Of a stretch of 32,000 bases of DNA, positions 29,326 to 32,000 are shown one piece after another (the first letter of the stretch is position 1; each line of letters begins with the position of its first letter). The position numbers and the translations under genes are program-made. The notes beneath the pieces were generated by a model. That model did no database searches, was not told the DNA's origin, and worked only from the letters and a program-made list of their open reading frames with translations. This DNA is from Bacillus subtilis subsp. subtilis str. 168 (lineage in GTDB: Bacteria; Bacillota; Bacilli; Bacillales; Bacillaceae), in NCBI RefSeq assembly GCF_000009045.1, contig NC_000964.3, forward strand, positions 2,430,001-2,462,000, read 5' to 3'.

Positions 29326-30246
29326 ATGAGAAAGCGCAAATTGGGTACATCTGATTTAGACATTAGCGAAGTCGGACTCGGCTGTATGTCTCTTGGAACT
29401 GAAAAAAACAAAGCATTGTCCATTCTGGATGAAGCGATCGAGCTTGGCATCAACTATTTGGACACAGCGGATTTGTATGACCGGGGACGCAATGAAGAAA
29501 TTGTCGGTGATGCGATCCAAAACAGACGCCATGATATTATTCTGGCAACAAAAGCGGGAAACCGTTGGGATGACGGAAGCGAGGGCTGGTATTGGGACCC
29601 TTCAAAAGCTTACATAAAAGAGGCGGTAAAAAAGAGCCTTACACGTCTGAAAACAGATTATATCGACCTTTATCAGCTCCACGGCGGCACGATAGAGGAC
29701 AACATTGATGAAACGATTGAAGCGTTTGAGGAATTAAAACAAGAAGGTGTCATCCGCTACTACGGCATTTCTTCCATCCGCCCGAATGTGATTAAAGAAT
29801 ATGTAAAAAAATCAAACATCGTCAGCATTATGATGCAATTCAGCCTGTTTGACAGACGCCCTGAGGAATGGCTCCCGCTTTTAGAGGAACATCAAATCAG
29901 CGTAGTCGCCAGAGGTCCTGTTGCCAAAGGGCTCTTAACTGAAAAACCGCTTGATCAAGCTTCAGAAAGTATGAAACAAAACGGGTACTTGTCCTATTCA
30001 TTCGAGGAACTGACAAATGCCCGTAAGGCAATGGAGGAAGTGGCTCCCGATCTTTCCATGACAGAAAAGTCGCTGCAGTATCTGCTAGCACAGCCGGCTG
30101 TCGCTTCAGTGATTACAGGCGCCAGTAAGATTGAGCAGTTACGGGAAAATATTCAGGCAGCAAATGCACGGCGTTTAACCGAAGAGGAAATCAAAGCGCT
30201 CCAATCTCATACGAAACAAGACATTTACAAAGCTCATCGCTCATAG
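29326..30246 (+). CDS. yqkF: Aldo/keto reductase YqkF (306 aa)
   Basis: DTADLYDRGRNEE, LATKAGN, TDYIDLYQLHGG AKR motifs; RBS AAAAGGAG. Confidence 0.93.
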   Translation: MRKRKLGTSDLDISEVGLGCMSLGTEKNKALSILDEAIELGINYLDTADLYDRGRNEEIVGDAIQNRRHDIILATKAGNRWDDGSEGWYWDPSKAYIKEAVKKSLTRLKTDYIDLYQLHGGTIEDNIDETIEAFEELKQEGVIRYYGISSIRPNVIKEYVKKSNIVSIMMQFSLFDRRPEEWLPLLEEHQISVVARGPVAKGLLTEKPLDQASESMKQNGYLSYSFEELTNARKAMEEVAPDLSMTEKSLQYLLAQPAVASVITGASKIEQLRENIQAANARRLTEEEIKALQSHTKQDIYKAHRS

Positions 30247-30252
30247 CAGAAA

Positions 30253-30278
30253 AACCAGCACCTGTACGGGTGCTGGTT
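30253..30278. terminator. Terminator hairpin between convergent yqkF and yqkE
   Basis: AACCAGCACCtgtacGGGTGCTGGTTTATTT. Confidence 0.75.
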
Positions 30279-30502
30279 TATTTATATTGATGCCAATCCA
30301 TTTGGCTTTCATTTAGGAGTTCTTCAAAGCTCTTATTTTTTTCGATCTCTTTTTTCTTTCTAATCTGTTCTGCTTTTTCTCTTTTCTGCCTCTTTTCATC
30401 CTCTTCCTTCAATTGGCTCTTCATCTCCATAAGCTTTGCTTTGATATCGGATTGAAGGCCGTCTTTTAGCTGGTGTTTGTCAATGGATTTTTGTTTTTTC
30501 AT
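30278..30502 (-). CDS. yqkE: Small highly charged protein YqkE (74 aa)
   Basis: MKKQKSIDKHQLKDGLQSDIKAKLMEMKSQLKEEDEKRQKREK...DWHQYK; start chosen inside ORF 30278..30625. Confidence 0.82.
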   Translation of the reverse strand: MKKQKSIDKHQLKDGLQSDIKAKLMEMKSQLKEEDEKRQKREKAEQIRKKKEIEKNKSFEELLNESQMDWHQYK

Positions 30503-30663
30503 GCAGACTTCCCCCATGTTTTGTTTTGAAGCCAGTTTATCACGGAGCATATAAACTGAACAAGCAGACTCTCTTCTGATCACTTTCTCAGCGTAGCAGT
30601 GTTTAGGTATAATGATCTTAAACACGAATTGCCTATATATTTCGTTGAAAGGTGCTGTGACTT

Positions 30664-31581
30664 TTGAAGAAAATCCTTTTGGCCATTGGCGCGCTCGTAA
30701 CAGCTGTCATCGCAATCGGAATTGTTTTTTCACATATGATTCTATTCATCAAGAAAAAAACGGATGAAGACATTATCAAAAGAGAGACAGACAACGGACA
30801 TGATGTGTTTGAATCATTTGAACAAATGGAGAAAACCGCTTTTGTGATACCCTCCGCTTACGGGTACGACATAAAAGGATACCATGTCGCACCGCATGAC
30901 ACACCAAATACCATCATCATCTGCCACGGGGTGACGATGAATGTACTGAATTCTCTTAAGTATATGCATTTATTTCTAGATCTCGGCTGGAATGTGCTCA
31001 TTTATGACCATCGCCGGCATGGCCAAAGCGGCGGAAAGACGACCAGCTACGGGTTTTACGAAAAGGATGATCTCAATAAGGTTGTCAGCTTGCTCAAAAA
31101 CAAAACAAATCATCGCGGATTGATCGGAATTCATGGTGAGTCGATGGGGGCCGTGACCGCCCTGCTTTATGCTGGTGCACACTGCAGCGATGGCGCTGAT
31201 TTTTATATTGCCGATTGTCCGTTCGCATGTTTTGATGAACAGCTTGCCTATCGGCTGAGAGCGGAATACAGGCTCCCGTCTTGGCCCCTGCTTCCTATCG
31301 CCGACTTCTTTTTGAAGCTGAGGGGAGGCTATCGCGCACGTGAAGTATCTCCGCTTGCTGTCATTGATAAAATTGAAAAGCCGGTCCTCTTTATTCACAG
31401 TAAGGATGATGACTACATTCCTGTTTCTTCAACCGAGCGGCTTTATGAAAAGAAACGCGGTCCGAAAGCGCTGTACATTGCCGAGAACGGTGAACACGCC
31501 ATGTCATATACCAAAAATCGGCATACGTACCGAAAAACAGTGCAGGAGTTTTTAGACAACATGAATGATTCAACAGAATAA
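30664..31581 (+). CDS. yqkD: Alpha/beta hydrolase YqkD
   Basis: 305 aa; nucleophile elbow GIHGESMGAV, CHGVTMN oxyanion region, N-terminal TM. Confidence 0.92.
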   Translation: MKKILLAIGALVTAVIAIGIVFSHMILFIKKKTDEDIIKRETDNGHDVFESFEQMEKTAFVIPSAYGYDIKGYHVAPHDTPNTIIICHGVTMNVLNSLKYMHLFLDLGWNVLIYDHRRHGQSGGKTTSYGFYEKDDLNKVVSLLKNKTNHRGLIGIHGESMGAVTALLYAGAHCSDGADFYIADCPFACFDEQLAYRLRAEYRLPSWPLLPIADFFLKLRGGYRAREVSPLAVIDKIEKPVLFIHSKDDDYIPVSSTERLYEKKRGPKALYIAENGEHAMSYTKNRHTYRKTVQEFLDNMNDSTE

Positions 31582-31618
31582 AAAAGCGAAAGGCCTCTTC
31601 GGCTCTTTCGCTTTTTTA
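31580..31618. terminator. Bidirectional terminator between yqkD and yqkC
   Basis: AAAAAGCGAAAGgccTCTTCggcTCTTTCGCTTTTTT. Confidence 0.85.
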
Positions 31619-31620
31619 TG

Positions 31621-31860
31621 TTACAGAACGTCGGTAATGCCATCCATATTTTCTCTGATCCATTCAATCGCAAGATCTATCGTTGTAAACTCCTGCGTCT
31701 CGAAGGTCATTTCATCCTGCAATAGCCAGACATCTTTCTTGATGGACTCTGCTCCTCCGATTGACCAGTGAAGCAAGGTATAAGGATGGTTTTGATTCAG
31801 GAAGGATACCCACGTTTTATTTTGTGCTGTGTTCTTCATTGCCTTCAGCTTTTGTTCCAC
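31621..31860 (-). CDS. yqkC: Conserved small protein YqkC (79 aa)
   Basis: 79 aa ORF, gene order. Confidence 0.85.
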
Positions 31861-31872
31861 GTTTCGCGTCTC

Positions 31873-32000
31873 CTACTTTACTAATATGCTCATTCTGGGG
31901 CTGAGCATTTCAGCCGGGCTTTTCAGCGCCAATGTTTTGGCTTTTTCATTGTAATCGATCGTCATTTGATCGTCAAAAAACACTTTTTGCGACGATTGGA
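31873..32000 (-). CDS. yqkB: YqkB, HesB/IscA-fold-like protein, C-terminal part (truncated by window end)
   Basis: Minus frame ...FFDDQMTIDYNEKAKTLALKSPAEMLSPRMSILVK* ending at 31873; gene order. Confidence 0.75.
   Translation of the reverse strand, partial: QSSQKVFFDDQMTIDYNEKAKTLALKSPAEMLSPRMSILVK

Noticed and set aside
31443-31673. Minus 76-aa ORF crossing the yqkD 3' end and terminator
   Set aside because: Antisense to yqkD and spans the bidirectional terminator; no independent support

Overview
This 32 kb window matches a Bacillus subtilis-type core chromosome segment, running from the 5' part of the riboflavin operon through sporulation, metabolic and housekeeping genes to yqkB. Almost all genes are on the minus strand. 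In order: ribE (partial), ribD, FMN riboswitch, ypuD, sipS, a small accessory or decayed region (about 2.9-5.3 kb), ypzD, ppiB, ypuA, lysA, spoVA operon (spoVAF-EA-EB-D-C-B-A), sigF-spoIIAB-spoIIAA-dacF, punA, drm, xerD, yqzK, fur, spoIIM, yqkK, mleA, mleN, ansB, ansA, ansR, yqxK, nudF, mciZ, yqkF, yqkE, yqkD, yqkC and yqkB (partial). Gene names come from recognised protein sequence and gene order, not from a database search. Most of the window is well-studied territory and I see no clear multi-gene novel system. The least explained part is the sipS-ppiB interval. It holds (i) a small zinc-ribbon ORF followed by a Cys/His-rich reading frame interrupted at an in-frame A_AAA_AAC heptamer, (ii) a multiply frameshifted DedA-PAP2 fusion remnant with altered catalytic motifs, and (iii) two unannotated plus-strand micro-ORFs, one with a strong RBS and the other ending at an intrinsic terminator. 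No CRISPR array, rRNA, tRNA or intact mobile element was found.
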